NCBI GenBank assembly: GCA_963823665.1
Contig: CAWGMQ010000012.1
Span: forward strand, 64,001 to 128,000
Source of the DNA: an uncultured Planctomycetota bacterium
GTDB taxonomy: Bacteria > Planctomycetota > Planctomycetia > Isosphaerales > Isosphaeraceae
DNA: 64,000 nt
Direction of reading: 5' to 3'
In this document: one piece after another, positions 31,926-45,300 of the stretch
How the letters are laid out: each line of letters begins with the position of its first letter
Position numbering within the stretch: position 1 is the first letter of the stretch
Position numbers and translations under genes: made by a program
Notes under the pieces: generated by a model
Told to the model about the DNA's origin: nothing
What the model saw: only the letters and a program-made list of their open reading frames with translations
Database searches by the model: none

Positions 31926-34900
31926 CAAGGCTGATTCCGATTGATGGGATTTCCGCGCCAGAAGCGGATCGACCGATCCACGCTCGCGGAGATCAGCGTG
32001 CGGCCGTCGGGAAAGAACTTGACGTCGTTGACGCGCATCGTGTGCCCGGACAGGTTGCCGACCTGGCGCCGGGTCGCGACGTCCCAGAGGAAAATCGCAC
32101 CGTCGCGGCTGGCCGAGGCCAACCGCGCGCCATTCGGCGTGAAGGCGACCGAATGAACCGCCCCAACATGCCCACGCAGGGTCGCGACCTCCCCACCGCG
32201 CCCCATGTCCCAGAGCCGGACCGTGTCATCATCGGATCCGGAAGCGAGCAATTCACCCGTCGGGTTGAAGGCAAGGCAAAAGACTTGACCCTGATGGCCC
32301 TCGAATGATGCCCGTTCTGACCCTGCCGCGAGGTCCCAGATCTTGATCGTCTCGTCGCCGCTCGCGGTGGCGAGGATGTCGCCCTCGGGCGAGACGGCCA
32401 CGGCACGGACGTAGTCGGCGTGGCCTCGGAGGACAGACTGAATCTGCCCGGTCGAAAGGTCCCAGGTGACCACTCGCCCCGGCTCTCCCTGCATGCCTTT
32501 TCCTGCGATCATGAACCGCGTGTCCGGTGTGAGCGCGAGGGACCAGCAGACCCGCGGAGGTTGGTCGGTTTGGGCAAGGACAAGCCGCTCGCGTCCGGTC
32601 ATCGCGTCGTACAATCGGATCGACTCTTGATTGAAGGCCACCGCGAGCGTAAGACCGTCGGGAAAAAAGACCAGCGATTGGATCGGGTGGCCTTTGCGGC
32701 GGGGCAGTCGAATCCGAACGGCACCCGACCGTGCATCAAAGATCTCGACCGAGCCGTCGCTGCTCCCCGCCGCGAACGAACGCCCGTCGGGCGCGACCGA
32801 AACGCAAAAGGGCATATCCTGGGATTCAGCGAAACTGATGGAATCCGGCCCAGGCCCCTCGGCGATCGTTGTGCCAACTCGATGATTCCTCCAGGCCGCC
32901 ACGGGTCGCCGACTCTTGGTGTCCCATAGGCGCACTGTGCCGTCTTCTCCTCCGCTGGCGAGTATCCTCCCGTCACGTGAATAAGCCAGCGAACGTGCTG
33001 GACCCAGATGAGCGGTGGGGATCTTCTGCACGTCACCCGTGGCAAGCTCCCATAGCCGGATCTCGTCGTCGCATGTGAACGCAAGAATCCGGCCATCGGG
33101 CGAGAACGCGGGAACGACGTTCGCCGGCAAGCTCGATTGACGGGCCAGCTCCCGGCCCGCGGCCGTGTCCCAGAGCCGAAGTGTCCCGTCCAGGCTCGAG
33201 GTCGCGAGACGATGATCCACCGGCGAAAAACACAGTTTCCTGTTCCACCGGCTGTGACCCGCGAGGACACGCTCGACCCGAAGCTCGGCTGCGTCCCAGA
33301 TTCGGACCCCGAAATCTGGCCCGCCGGCTTCCGCCAGAGTCTTGCCGTCGGGGGCGTACGCGAGCGACCAGATCGCGGCGGCTGACGGTGAATCGCTGGC
33401 TTCGACCGAGTTGGTCACGAGATCGAGGGTACGCATCTGGGCGGTCTGAGTTTTCGGGTGAGCGGCGCCTGAGAAGAACGCCAGAGTCCGGCCGTCCGGC
33501 GCGAGTGCCAGAGACAGTATCGCCCCTTGATCCCGCCATAAGATCCCCTTGGCGCGATGAGCCCGCACGTCCCAGCGCCGAAGCGAGCCGTCGAAGCTGC
33601 CGCTGCAAAGCTCGCGGCCATCGGGCGAGAACGCCAGATCGGACACCGCGCGCTCGTGGCCTCGCAGCGTAGCCTCCTCGCTCCAGTCCGCTACCGACCA
33701 GAGTTTGATCGTATGGTCATCGCTGGCTGTTGCCAGTACCAGGCCGTCCGGCGAGAACGCCAGGTTCATGATCTTTCCGTGGTGGCCGCGCAGCGTGAGA
33801 TCGCGGTCGCAGAGTTTCCACAAGTAGTCCCATTCAAACCCCCGCAGGTCCGAGTCTCCCGGTCGCGGCGTTTGTTCAATCAGGAATTGCCGCGCCTGCT
33901 CGACGTGGGACGATTGCCAGGCATCGTAAGCACGCCCGACCCCGACGGCATAAAGGTGCCGCCGCATACTCTCGGCCTCACGTCGGAGTACTTCCGCGTG
34001 TTGACGGGATACGAGCACCGACACTCGTGCGTGTCGCCTCTCCCGCTCGACCTGCCAGACCCAGCTCGCGGCCAGCCCGAGCGCCGAAGCCGTGCACAAG
34101 GCCAAGAGCGCGGCCGTCGCCGGCCGCCGCCGCACCCATCGGGCCACCCGCTCCCGCGTTGAGATCGGTCGTGCCAGGATCGGCTCACCCGCAAGGTATC
34201 TTCTGAGGTCAAGAGCCAGCGCGGCGGCCCCGGCGTATCGCTCCGTGGGAGATTTCCGCAGACACTTCAGGCAGATCGTCTCCAGGTCGCGCGGAATGGT
34301 GTCGTCGAGCCGCCGCGGCGGACGCGGGTCTTCGTCCACTATGCGCACCAGCAGCATCTGCGGCGCACCGACGAAAGGTCGCGTGCCGGTCAACATTTCG
34401 TAAAGGATGACCCCCAGCGCGTAGACATCGGCCCGCGCATCGACTTTTTTCGTCTGCCCCTGCGCCTGCTCGGGAGCCATGTAGGCCGGCGTTCCGAGTA
34501 ACTGGCCCTCGATCGTCAGGGTGGCCGCGCCGGCATCGTTCCTGGCCAGACCGAAGTCCGTCAGAAAGGCTCGCCCGTCGCCGTCGATCAGGACGTTCGA
34601 AGGTTTCACGTCGCGGTGGATCACGCCGAGACCATGGGCATGCTCGAGCGCCTCGGCCAGCGACGCGACCAACCCGGCGGCCTGGCGAAACGGGAAGCGT
34701 CGCTCCGCCAGCACCTCGGCGAGGTTTTGCCCCTCCACCAGCGAGCTGACCAGGAATGGCACTCCATCGACCTGGCCGACGTCGTGCACCGACACGATGT
34801 GCGGGTGCTTGAGCCCGGCCGCGCTGCGGGCTTCGCGCAGGAATCGATCGACCGCCCCAGCCCCTTCGAGCGCCCCGGCCCGAGGCCGCTTAAGAGCCAC

Positions 34901-35368
34901 CACGCGCAACAGCTCGGTGTCCCACGCACGGTAGACCAGGCCGAAGGCCCCTTGTCCGATCACGTCCTGAAGCTCGTACCGGCCGATACGGCCCGGCGAC
35001 TCCGCGGGAGGGCCGTTTTTCCCGGGGTTGCTTGAGCCTTCCGGCAGCTCCGGCGCCATGCGCCGGCGCAACGCCGACTCGGCCGCCGCCAGCTCGTCGA
35101 GGGCGCGGGGATCATCGGCGATCTCGGGAAAGCGCTCGAGGTACGCAGCCAGGCTGAAGGACTCGCCGGTCTTGATCCGGAATTCCATCTCCTCGTGGAT
35201 CAGCTCACAGAGAGCGGCTCCGCGGTTTCCATTCGCCCGGGCCACAAACGCTTCGAGCGCGGGCTGCTCGTCACGGTCGACGGCTTGCCTGTAGGCGCGG
35301 ACGATCTCCTGCACTCCTTCCCAATCGGCGCTCTCCAGTTCGCGTGCGGTCCGTTCCTGCGAAGGCAT
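31925..35368 (-). CDS. Ser/Thr protein kinase with a TM helix and ~14 WD40 repeats
   Basis: IGQGAFGLVY, HRDVKPSNVL, DFGLA, GTPAYMAPEQ; DLRGFEWDYLW linker; repeated LRGH...FSPDG..LAS.S.D.T.RLWD. Confidence 0.96.
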   Translation of the reverse strand: MPSQERTARELESADWEGVQEIVRAYRQAVDRDEQPALEAFVARANGNRGAALCELIHEEMEFRIKTGESFSLAAYLERFPEIADDPRALDELAAAESALRRRMAPELPEGSSNPGKNGPPAESPGRIGRYELQDVIGQGAFGLVYRAWDTELLRVVALKRPRAGALEGAGAVDRFLREARSAAGLKHPHIVSVHDVGQVDGVPFLVSSLVEGQNLAEVLAERRFPFRQAAGLVASLAEALEHAHGLGVIHRDVKPSNVLIDGDGRAFLTDFGLARNDAGAATLTIEGQLLGTPAYMAPEQAQGQTKKVDARADVYALGVILYEMLTGTRPFVGAPQMLLVRIVDEDPRPPRRLDDTIPRDLETICLKCLRKSPTERYAGAAALALDLRRYLAGEPILARPISTRERVARWVRRRPATAALLALCTASALGLAASWVWQVERERRHARVSVLVSRQHAEVLRREAESMRRHLYAVGVGRAYDAWQSSHVEQARQFLIEQTPRPGDSDLRGFEWDYLWKLCDRDLTLRGHHGKIMNLAFSPDGLVLATASDDHTIKLWSVADWSEEATLRGHERAVSDLAFSPDGRELCSGSFDGSLRRWDVRAHRAKGILWRDQGAILSLALAPDGRTLAFFSGAAHPKTQTAQMRTLDLVTNSVEASDSPSAAAIWSLAYAPDGKTLAEAGGPDFGVRIWDAAELRVERVLAGHSRWNRKLCFSPVDHRLATSSLDGTLRLWDTAAGRELARQSSLPANVVPAFSPDGRILAFTCDDEIRLWELATGDVQKIPTAHLGPARSLAYSRDGRILASGGEDGTVRLWDTKSRRPVAAWRNHRVGTTIAEGPGPDSISFAESQDMPFCVSVAPDGRSFAAGSSDGSVEIFDARSGAVRIRLPRRKGHPIQSLVFFPDGLTLAVAFNQESIRLYDAMTGRERLVLAQTDQPPRVCWSLALTPDTRFMIAGKGMQGEPGRVVTWDLSTGQIQSVLRGHADYVRAVAVSPEGDILATASGDETIKIWDLAAGSERASFEGHQGQVFCLAFNPTGELLASGSDDDTVRLWDMGRGGEVATLRGHVGAVHSVAFTPNGARLASASRDGAIFLWDVATRRQVGNLSGHTMRVNDVKFFPDGRTLISASVDRSIRFWRGNPINRNQP

Positions 35369-35456
35369 CGCGCGGTCCTCTTACGTTGCACAGCTCGGTC
35401 GCGGCCTACGTCGAGCCCGGTTTTTTTCGGCGCGGCCCCGGGGGTGAAGACGCGAT

Positions 35457-36073
35457 CTAATCCGCTGTTCTCGTTCCTTGCCAGCCGGTCTCCTGGGAAT
35501 CGCCCAATCGTTCGAGTCGGCGCTGCGCCGCTGGCGCACGCGGCGGACTGTACGCTCCGAGCAGCCGAGCTGCGCCGCCACCTCCTGGGCCGTGTAGCCC
35601 ATCAGGATTTGCTCGACGATGGGCCGGTCATCCGGCGACATGGCCTGGAACAACGTCACGACGGTGTCGTTGAGGATCGCCGCTTCGTCCGGCGTCGGGG
35701 TCCGATCAAGAAGGTAGGACGGGTCGTCATCGCCGCCCGGCCAGCCGACGTCGCGGCCGGCGTCGCGCCGGGCCGCGCGGAGATGCCTGAGCCGCTTGGC
35801 GCATTTACGCAACGTGATCATGGCCAGCACCGACCAGAGTTCGCTCCAGTCGTCCACCTGGAACTCCCCACGCCGGTTGCGAAGGAAGAAGCTCTTGCAG
35901 GCCGAGAGGACGACGAGCTCGACGTCCGCCCGGTCGCGCAGGCTCGCGTCGAACTGGCGGGCGGCCAGGGCGATCAGACGGCGAACGTACTGCTCGAACA
36001 ATGCCGTCTCGGCCGCGCCGTCACCTGCTCGCACTCGCCGCATTACCTCGTCGAACGTTGCGTCGAAATCCAT
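35457..36073 (-). CDS. ECF-type sigma factor (Sigma70_ECF-like, kinase-associated), with a probable frameshift near 35525
   Basis: RVRAGDGAAETALFEQYVRRLIALA, SACKSFF, LWSVLAMITLRK, GYTAQEVAAQLGCSERTVRR. A one-base shift gives ...RAQRRLERL...* at 35457; unshifted it ends at 35381. Confidence 0.85.
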
Positions 36074-36305
36074 GACTGGCTCATCCACATCGATCGTCGC
36101 CCAACCGGTCACGCACATCCATCCACCAAGAGGGACATTCTCGGCGACATCGCGAGTGATTTCAAGCATGGATCGGAGCCGATCTGCACAATCCTTGCGC
36201 CTGAGGCGATTCGCCAACTTTTTTGGCCGTCGCTGGAGACGTTTGGGGAGCTACCAGATAGGGGATGTCAGATTCTCAGGCCAATTCGACCAGGAGCCCG
36301 CAACA

Positions 36306-39300
36306 ATGACGCACCGCACTCGCGCCACGCGACCGAAGAGGCGGATGCCGACGAAGCGAGGGCCCTCCCTTGAGATACTGGAGCAGCGCGAGCTTCTCGC
36401 TTCCATGATTTATGACCTGGGCACACTCGGCGGAAGCACGAGTCAGGCCAACGCCATCAACGACCTCGGACAGGTAGTCGGTACTTCGCAAACAGCAACT
36501 GGATCGGAAGATGCGTTCATATGGAACAACAGCGTACAGGGAATACAGCCGCTCGCGGTCCCGTCTAGCTTCCTCGAAAGTACGGCCACGGGAATAAACA
36601 ACTCGGGCCAGGTGGCCGTGACTGTTTACACAAATACGCCCGGGGATGGGAACGCCTACCTGGATAGCTCGGGTATGTGGACCAACCTCGGCACCTTCCA
36701 GGGCGGAACGACCGCTGGGGCCAACGCAATCAACAACTCCGGACAGGTGGTCGGCGAAGCCGCTGTCGGAGCCGTCGCGCAGGCTTTCCTGTACAGCGGC
36801 GGTTCCTTGATGGGCCTCGGCACACTACCTGGCAGTATCTCCGTAGCCACAGGCATCAACAATAATGGACAGGTGGTCGGCGACTCGGGCACGAGCGCTT
36901 TCAGCGGTGGCACGATGAACACGCTGAAGTCGTTTCTCGCGACCGTCGCCAGGACTACGGCTTTGGGCATCAACGACTCCGGAGAGATTGTCGGACAAAC
37001 AGTCGGTCTAGGACCCAGCGGCGGGATCCAGAATGTTCTTCAAGAAGACGCCTTTCTCTACTCCGACGGGGGGATGACCAACCTCGGGCCCGGCGTTGCC
37101 GATGGCATCAACAACATGGGGCAGGTGGTCGGCACAAATGGTTCTTATCCGGTACTCTGGGAGAATGGAGATCCGATCGCCCTCGGTACGTTCCTGCCGC
37201 CGAATTCGGGTTGGACCCTGAGCACGGCGACGGCCATCAATAATGAGGGGCAGGTCGTCGGTGTCGGTACGATCAACGGTCAAACCCACGCGTACTTGCT
37301 CGACATCGACCAGACTTCCCAGGCGTTCACGGTCTCGAATTTGAACGATTCAGGCCCCGGATCGTTGCGCGACGCGATCGACCAGGCCAATGATTTTGTG
37401 TCATCTATTGGAAGAGCTCTCATCACGTTTTCGACCAGCATTGACTTTGGCACGATCTCGCTTCAATCTCCGCTGCCGGCGATCACTCGCGATGATGTCA
37501 CGATCGACGGCCCGCTCACCCTGGACGCCGTCTCGGGGGACGGTCTCGACCTCGACGCGCCTGGAGACATCGTCCAGGGCTTGACCATCACCGGGTTCAG
37601 CGGTTCGGGGATCGTTGTCAATGGTGGCGACGCACTCATCACGGGTAACACCATCACCGGCAACGGAGAATATGGCATCGACGTTGAGTCGTCGGGAAAC
37701 ACCATTGGCGCCGCCTCGACTCAGGGCATCGGTCCGTCCTTCGGAGGCAACCTGCTCTCCGGCAACGGCTACTCGGGAATCCTGGTCTTCAGTTCGGCCG
37801 GAAACGTCATTGAAGGCAACCTGATCGGCACCGACGCTACCGGCACGGTCGCGCAGGGCAACACCGACGGGGGAGTGTACCTTTGGAACGCCGCTGGCAA
37901 CACCATCGGGGGCACCTCCCCGGCGGCGAGAAATATCATCTCCGGCAACGCCTCCGCCGCCTACGCCGGAGTTAATGTCTACGAGTCGCTGGGCAACGTT
38001 GTTGAAGGCAATTATATCGGCACCGATATCAGCGGTTCCGTTGCGCTGGGCAACCTGAACGGCGTTGATATCTCCAACGGTTCCGCGGCAAACACGATCG
38101 GCGGCGCGACGAGCGGATCCGGCAATATGATCTCGGGTAATGCCGGCTACGGCGTCTTCATTACGGGGGTATCCGAGAACCTCGTCGCGGGGAACCTGAT
38201 CGGCACCGATGCCACGGGGAAGTTGGCCCTGGGCAACGCAAGCGGAGGAGTTTACATCACTGGTTCCGGCGGCAATACCGTCGGGGGCACGGCGGCGACA
38301 GCCAGGAACGTGATCGCGGCCAGCAGCGCAGCTCCTGCGGCGGACAATGATGGGCTCGGCGACGCGGGTGTCCTGATTTCCGGGTCAACCAGCAATGTCG
38401 TCGCCGGCAACTATATCGGCACCGATGTCACCGGTTCGGTCGCGCTTGGCAACTGGGTCGGCGTCGAGATCGATTCCGGATCCGGCACGGTCGGCGGCGC
38501 GAATATCGTCGCCGGGAACCTCATCTCGGGCAACAACTCGACCGGGTTGGTAATGGGTTCCAACGACGACCTCGCGCAGGGCAACTTGATTGGCACCGAT
38601 GCCACCGGTGAAAAAGGACTGGGCAACGCCTTGGACGGCATCGACGCTGGGGGCCAGTCCAACACGATCGGGGGCACGAGCGCAGGCGCAGGCAACATCG
38701 TCTCCGCCAATCAGGGTTATGGCATTGAGCTATCCGCGACAGACGATCTCGTCGCGGGGAATTTCATCGGCACCGATGCCACCGGCGAATCCGCGCTGGG
38801 CAACGCTGATGGCATCTTGGACTACGGCGTGTCCAACACGCTCGGGGGCACGGTTGCCGGCGCACGAAACATCATATCGGGGAATCTCAATTATGGCATA
38901 GAACTCGATGCGACTGACGAACTCGTCGAGGGGAATTACATCGGAACCGATGGCACGGGTGAAACCGCTGTGATGAATGGGTCAATAATTATTACAGATG
39001 TGAATAATAGTGTTAGCGTTATTGAAAATGATGGCACGGGAGTGTTTATCGGTTTCGCTTCAACGGACTGCACGGTCGGAGGTACGACAGCCGGCGCTCG
39101 CAATCTCATCTCGGGCAACATGATCGCCGGCGTGGTCATGGAGGAAGACTCGAGTGATCTGATCGAGGGGAATTACATCGGCACCGATGTTACTGGTACC
39201 GTGGCGCTGGGTAACGGTTCCTTCTCCTTCCCGAACTTCAACGAGTACGTCAACGATCCCCGGGAGCTGGACTTTGCCCACGTAGCGGGCGGTGTCGTTG

Positions 39301-42300
39301 TCTGCAGCGGCGTCACGTCGGACACGATCGGCGGCACGACCGCCGGCGCCGGCAATCTCATCTCGGGCAACGCCGGCGATGGCGTCAACATCTCCGATGG
39401 AGGCACTTTCTTTTCGGAACTTACGAGTCAGATCGTCGTCGAGGGCAACTTGATCGGCACCGATGCCAACGGTACGGCTCCCCTTCCAAATACAGGATCT
39501 GGCGTTGACATCGTGGATGGTTCCCAATCCAACACAATCGGCGGCACGACGTCAGGCGCCGGAAATATCATTGCGTTCAACATGCTTAACGGTGTCACAG
39601 TCGGTAACTCTTCCTTTTTCGATCCCACCCCTGACATGACCGCTGGCAACTCCATCCTGGAAAACTCGATCTTCTCCAACGGAGTACCCTCCGCCGATCA
39701 GGGACCCTTTGACATGCAGGGGATCGGGATCGACCTGGGCGGCAACGGCGTTACGCAAAATGGTTCAATGGGCGACGTCGGCCCGAATCTTTACCAGGTC
39801 TTCCCCGACCTGGGCAGCGTCTTCACTTCCGACGGAGTCACGACAATCACCGGGTCACTATACGCGAACCCCAACACCACGTACCGAATCGAGTTCTTCA
39901 GCAACCCCACGGCGGACCCATCGGGCTACGGCCAGGGTAAGACCTTCCTGATGGCTACCTACGTGACAACCGATTTTTCCGGTGAAGCGGACTTTGATCT
40001 TGATACACCAAGTGGGCTACCCATCGGGCAGTTCATCACGGCGACGGCGACCGACCCCGCCGGCAATACATCCGAGTTCTCGGCCGACGTCGAGAATTTT
40101 GGACTCGATATCACCGGCATCGCAGCCATCTCCCCCAATCCACGGAACACGCCGGTGTCCGCTGTGGACGTCACCCTCGACGAATACGTCGGCCAAAGTT
40201 TCACCATCGGGGCTTTGAGCCTGACCGACAACGGCGGGCCAAACCTTATCACCAGCGCGGTGACCATCAGTATTGTATCGGGCGCGGACTCGACGTACCA
40301 GATCGGCGGAATTGCCGGCTTGACCACCGCCGAGGGGACTTACAGTCTGACAGTCGACGCGACTCAAATTGACTCTTTTGGGGATTTCGGCAACGGTTCC
40401 GTGTCCACCTCATGGCTGATGGACACCACGCCGCCGACCAGCACCGTGAACGCGCTGCCTTCGACGACTACAGCCACGACTTTCACGGTCTCAGCCACCG
40501 GCAGCGACCCGACAGGATCGAACGGGAGCACGCCCTCGGGAATTGCGTCGTTCGCCATCTACACCTCGACCGACAACAGTGCTTTCACGCTCTGGACGAC
40601 CGTTACGCCCTCCAGTCCTTCGGCAATCTTCACTGGGCAGGCGGACCACACCTACGGCTTCTACAGCGTGGCGACCGATAACGCAGGGAACGTCCAGGCA
40701 ACTCCGGTCACTGCCCAGGCGACCGTTGAGATCCTCCCAGGCTACATCGTCAACGACTCGGGCGACGCGCCGCTCGACACAGCCATCGGTCCGGGCGAGA
40801 CCGCCACCGGCACGATCACCCTCCGTTCAGCGATCGAACAAGTCAACATCGACGGCGGCGGATCGATCACCTTTGCCAAGGCAATGACGATCTCGATCGG
40901 CTCGCAGCTCGAGCCCATCACGGCGAACGGAGTGACGATCAACGGCGGCACGGTCGGCTCGGTGATCCTGCAGGGTGGTCCTGGATACAGCGGCCTCGTG
41001 ATCCAGGGCGGCGGTGCCACGATTGAAAACCTGGTCGTCGACGACTTTCAAGTTCTGGGGATCAACACCCAGATCGCGGGGATCTACCTCGAATCGGCCA
41101 ACAATGTGATCGAATCCGATTACATTGGGACCGACGCCTCGGGCTCCCTGGCCGCCGGCAACTACAATGGGATCCTTGACGTAACCGGCAATAACACAAT
41201 CGAAAAGGATGTCATTTCCGGCAACACGAATACGGGGATCCTGCTCAACGGTGGTTCCGGCGATCAGGTGCACGGCAACCTGATTGGCACGGATGCCAGC
41301 GGTCTCAAACGCGTGGGCAACCCGGTCGGCGTGGCGATTCAAGGCGGTTCCGCGTCGAACACGATCGACGGCAACGTCATCTCGGGCAATAACACCTACG
41401 GCATCGACATCGACGGTACAGGGACGAGCCAGAACGTCGTCGTGAGTAATTGGATCGGCATTGAAGCCAACGGTGCCACAGCCCTGTCCAATGGAATCGG
41501 CATCACGATTTCCGGCGGTTCCACGGCGAACACGATCGGCGCCACGATCGCCGGTGTCGGCAACGTCATCTCGGGAAATGCCACCGTTGGCGTCGAAATC
41601 AGCGATCAAGGGACGAGCCAGAACCTCGTCGCGGGTAATTTCATCGGCACGGATACCAGCGGTCTCAAACGCCTGGGCAACCAGGTCGGCGTGGCGATTC
41701 AAAGCGGTTCCGCGTCGAACACAATTGGGGGCGCGAATGCGGGCGCTGCCAACGTCATTTCGGGGAACTCTGGCACCGGCATTCAGATTTCCGGCGCGTC
41801 GAGCAACCTCGTCGAGGGCAATTTCATCGGCACCGGCGTCGGGGGTGAAACCGCGGTGGGCAACCAAGTTGGCGTGGCGATCTCGAACGGTTCCGTGTCG
41901 AACTCGATCGGCGGCGCGATCAACGTCATCTCGGGCAATAGCAAGGACGGCGTCGACATCGACGGAACAGGAACGAGCCAGAACGTCGTCGTGTCGGCTT
42001 GGATCGGCATTGATCGCAAGGGTACCACAGCCCTGCCCAATGGAATCGGAGTCGCGGTATTCGGTGGCGCCACGGCGAACACAATTGGCGCCACGATCTC
42101 CGGCGTCGGCAACGTCATCTCGGGCAATGCCAGCGTTGGCGTCGAAATCAGCGATCAAGGGACGAGCCAGAACCTCGTCGCGGGTAATTTCATCGGCACG
42201 GACACCAGCGGTCTCAAACGCCTGGGCAACCAGGTCGGCGTGGCGATTCAAAGCGGTTCCGCGTCGAACACGATCGAAGGCAATGTCATCTCGGGCAATA

Positions 42301-45300
42301 CCACCTACGGCATCGACATCGACGGTAAAGGGACCAGCCAGAACGTCGTGGCGAGTAGTTGGATTGGCATTGAAGCCAACGGTACCACAGCCCTCTCCAA
42401 TGGTATCGGCATCGCGGTTTTCGGCGGTTCCACGGCGAACACGATCGGCGCCACGATTGCCGGCACCGGCAACGTCATCTCGGGAAATGCCACCGTTGGT
42501 ATCGAAATCAGCGATCAAGGGACGAGCCAGAACCTCGTTGCGGGCAACTACATCGGCACAGATACCGGCGGCGAGACCGCGCGGGGCAACCAAATTGGCG
42601 TGGCGATTCAAAGCGGTTCCGCGTCGAACACGATCGGCGGAACGATCACGGGCGCCCGCAACGTGATCTCGGGCAACAGCATGGACGGCATCGACATCGA
42701 CGGTACAGGGACGAGCCAGAACGTCGTCTCGGGTAATTTCATCGGCACTGGCGTCAACGGTACCACAGCCTCGACCAATCAAACCGGCATCGCGCTTACC
42801 GGCGGTTCCACGGCGAACACGATCGGCGGATCCGCCTCGGCCGCGCGCAACATCATTTCGGGTGATGCGTTCGCGGGCGTCTGGATCGATGGCCAGGGTA
42901 CGGATAGCAACGTCGTCGCGGGAAACTGGATCGGCGTCACGGTCAGCGGCGACACTGCCCTTCCCGATGGCAAATCCTCTGAATACGAGTACTTCGGGAC
43001 GATCTCCGGCGGCGTAGTGATCGACAGCGGCGCTTCAGGCAACCGCATCGGTACCGACGGCACCAGCGAGGACTCCGGCGAGGGAAACGTCATCTCGGGC
43101 AATGCCGACGACGGCATTGACATCTGGGGGAACGGGACGAGCGGAAACCTCGTCGCAGGCAATGAGATCGGCACCAATGCGGCGGGCACCATCTCCCTCG
43201 GAAATCTGGGAGAAGGCGTCTTCCTCGTGGGAGGCGCCACTGGCAACACGATTGGCGGAACAGCGGCGGGCGCCCGCAACGTCATCTCGGGCAATGGTGA
43301 CCACGGCGTTGTGATTGGCGAAGCATCGAGCAACCTCGTCGAGGGCAATTACATCGGCACCGATGTCAAGGGTTCCAACCCTCTGGGCAACCCGATCGGG
43401 GTCTTCATTTCGAGCAACTCCATGTCGAACACCATAGGCGGTGCGGTCGCCGGCGCCGGCAACGTGATCGCCTTCAACGCGGGTGCCGGGGTCATCGTGG
43501 GGAGCAGCAGCACGGATCAGGACTCCGGGAACGCTATTCTGGGGAACTCGATCTTCTCGAACACCGATCTCGGCATCGACCTGGGCGATAACGGCGTGAC
43601 GACCAATGGTGCCAGCGGCCACACTGGGCCCAACCTGTTCCAGGACTTCCCTGTGCTCACCTCCGTGGTGACGACTGACGGCATCACGACGATCATCGGG
43701 ACGCTCTCCGCGTCGGCCAGCACGACGTACCGGGTCGAGTTCTTCAGCAACCCCGCCGCCGATCCGTCGGGATACGGACAGGGGGAGAGCTATCTGACTT
43801 TTGCCAACGTGACGACCAATTCCAGCGGCACGGTGAACTTCTCCGTCCCAACGCCCAGCCCCGTGCCGGTCGGACAGTTCATCTCCGCGACGGCCACCGA
43901 CCCGGCCGGCAACACGTCCGAGTTCTCGGCCGACATCGTCGTGAGTTCTCCATCGCTCGTTCCCACCTCCATCACAGCCGTCTCCCCCAACCCGCGGAAC
44001 ACGGCTGTTTCCAGCGTGGACGTCACGTTCAGCGAGCCGGTCAATCTGAGTTCCTTCACCACCAGCACTCTCACGCTCACCGACGACGGCGGCACCAACT
44101 TAATAACCAGCGCGGTCTCCATCAGCCTAGTCTCCGGCGCGACGTATCAGATCGGCGGCTTGAACGGCCTGACCTCCGCCGAGGGGGCTTACACGCTGAC
44201 GGTGAACGCCGCCGATATCGACGACCAGTCCGGCAACCCGGGCAGCGGTTCGCTGTCGACCTCATGGCTGATGGACACGACGCCACCGACAAGCACCGTT
44301 AATGCCCTGCCGGCGCAGACAACCTCCACGAGCTTCACCGTGTCAGCAACCAGCAGCGACCCAACCGGGTCGAACGGCAGCACACCCTCAGGCGTCGCTT
44401 CAATCGCACTCTACGACTCCAAGGACGGCGGGTCCTACACACAATTCGCCAGCGTAACACCAGCAAGTCCCTCCGCCCTCTTCACCGGCCAGGCCGGTTC
44501 TCACCTACGGCTTCTACAGCATCGCAACCGACAACGCCGGCAACGTCCAGGCCACGCCCACCGCCCCCCAGCAAACCGCGCAGATCATCTCTCCTGCATC
44601 CGTGACTTCGATTGCCGCGGTCATGCCGAACCCTCGAAACACGCCAGTCTCGACCATCGCTGTCACGTTTAGCATCCCGGTCAACCCGAGCACGTTCGGC
44701 TCGAGCACGCTCACTCTGACCGACAACGGCAACCCGGTCGCGATCACCGGCGCCGTCTCTCTTAGCCTTGTCTCGGGCAGCACGTATGACATCAACGGCC
44801 TCGCTGGGCTGACCACCGCCGAAGGAACCTACAGCCTCACCGTGAACGCGGCCAGCATTTCCGACTCCTACGGCAACCCGGGCACCGGCTCGCTGTCCAC
44901 CTCCTGGCTGATGGACACGACCCGACCGACGAGTACCGTGAGCGCACTGCCGGCGCAGACAACCTCCACGAGCTTCACCGTGTCGGCGACCAGCAGCGAC
45001 CCAACCGGGTCGAACGGCAGCACACCGTCAGGGGTCGCTTCGATCGCACTCTACGACTCCAAGGACGGCGGGTCCTACACACAATTCGCCAGCGTAACAC
45101 CAGCAAGTCCCTCCGCCCTCTTCACCGGCCAGGCCGGTCACACCTACGGCTTCTACAGCATCGCAACCGACAACGCCGGCAACGTCCAGGCCACGCCCAC
45201 CGCCCCCCAGCAAACCGCGCAGATCATCTCTCCTGCATCCGTGACTTCGATTGCCGCGGTCATGCCGAACCCTCGAAACACGCCAGTCTCGACCATCGCT

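Noticed and set aside
35796..36305. N-terminal extension of the 2958 aa ORF
   Set aside because: It is the antisense shadow of the ECF gene. The real start is the RBS-preceded ATG at 36306.
40827..42782. Long antisense ORFs (also 1343-3007, 27343-28815 and others)
   Set aside because: Shadow ORFs caused by high GC and codon bias opposite well-supported genes.
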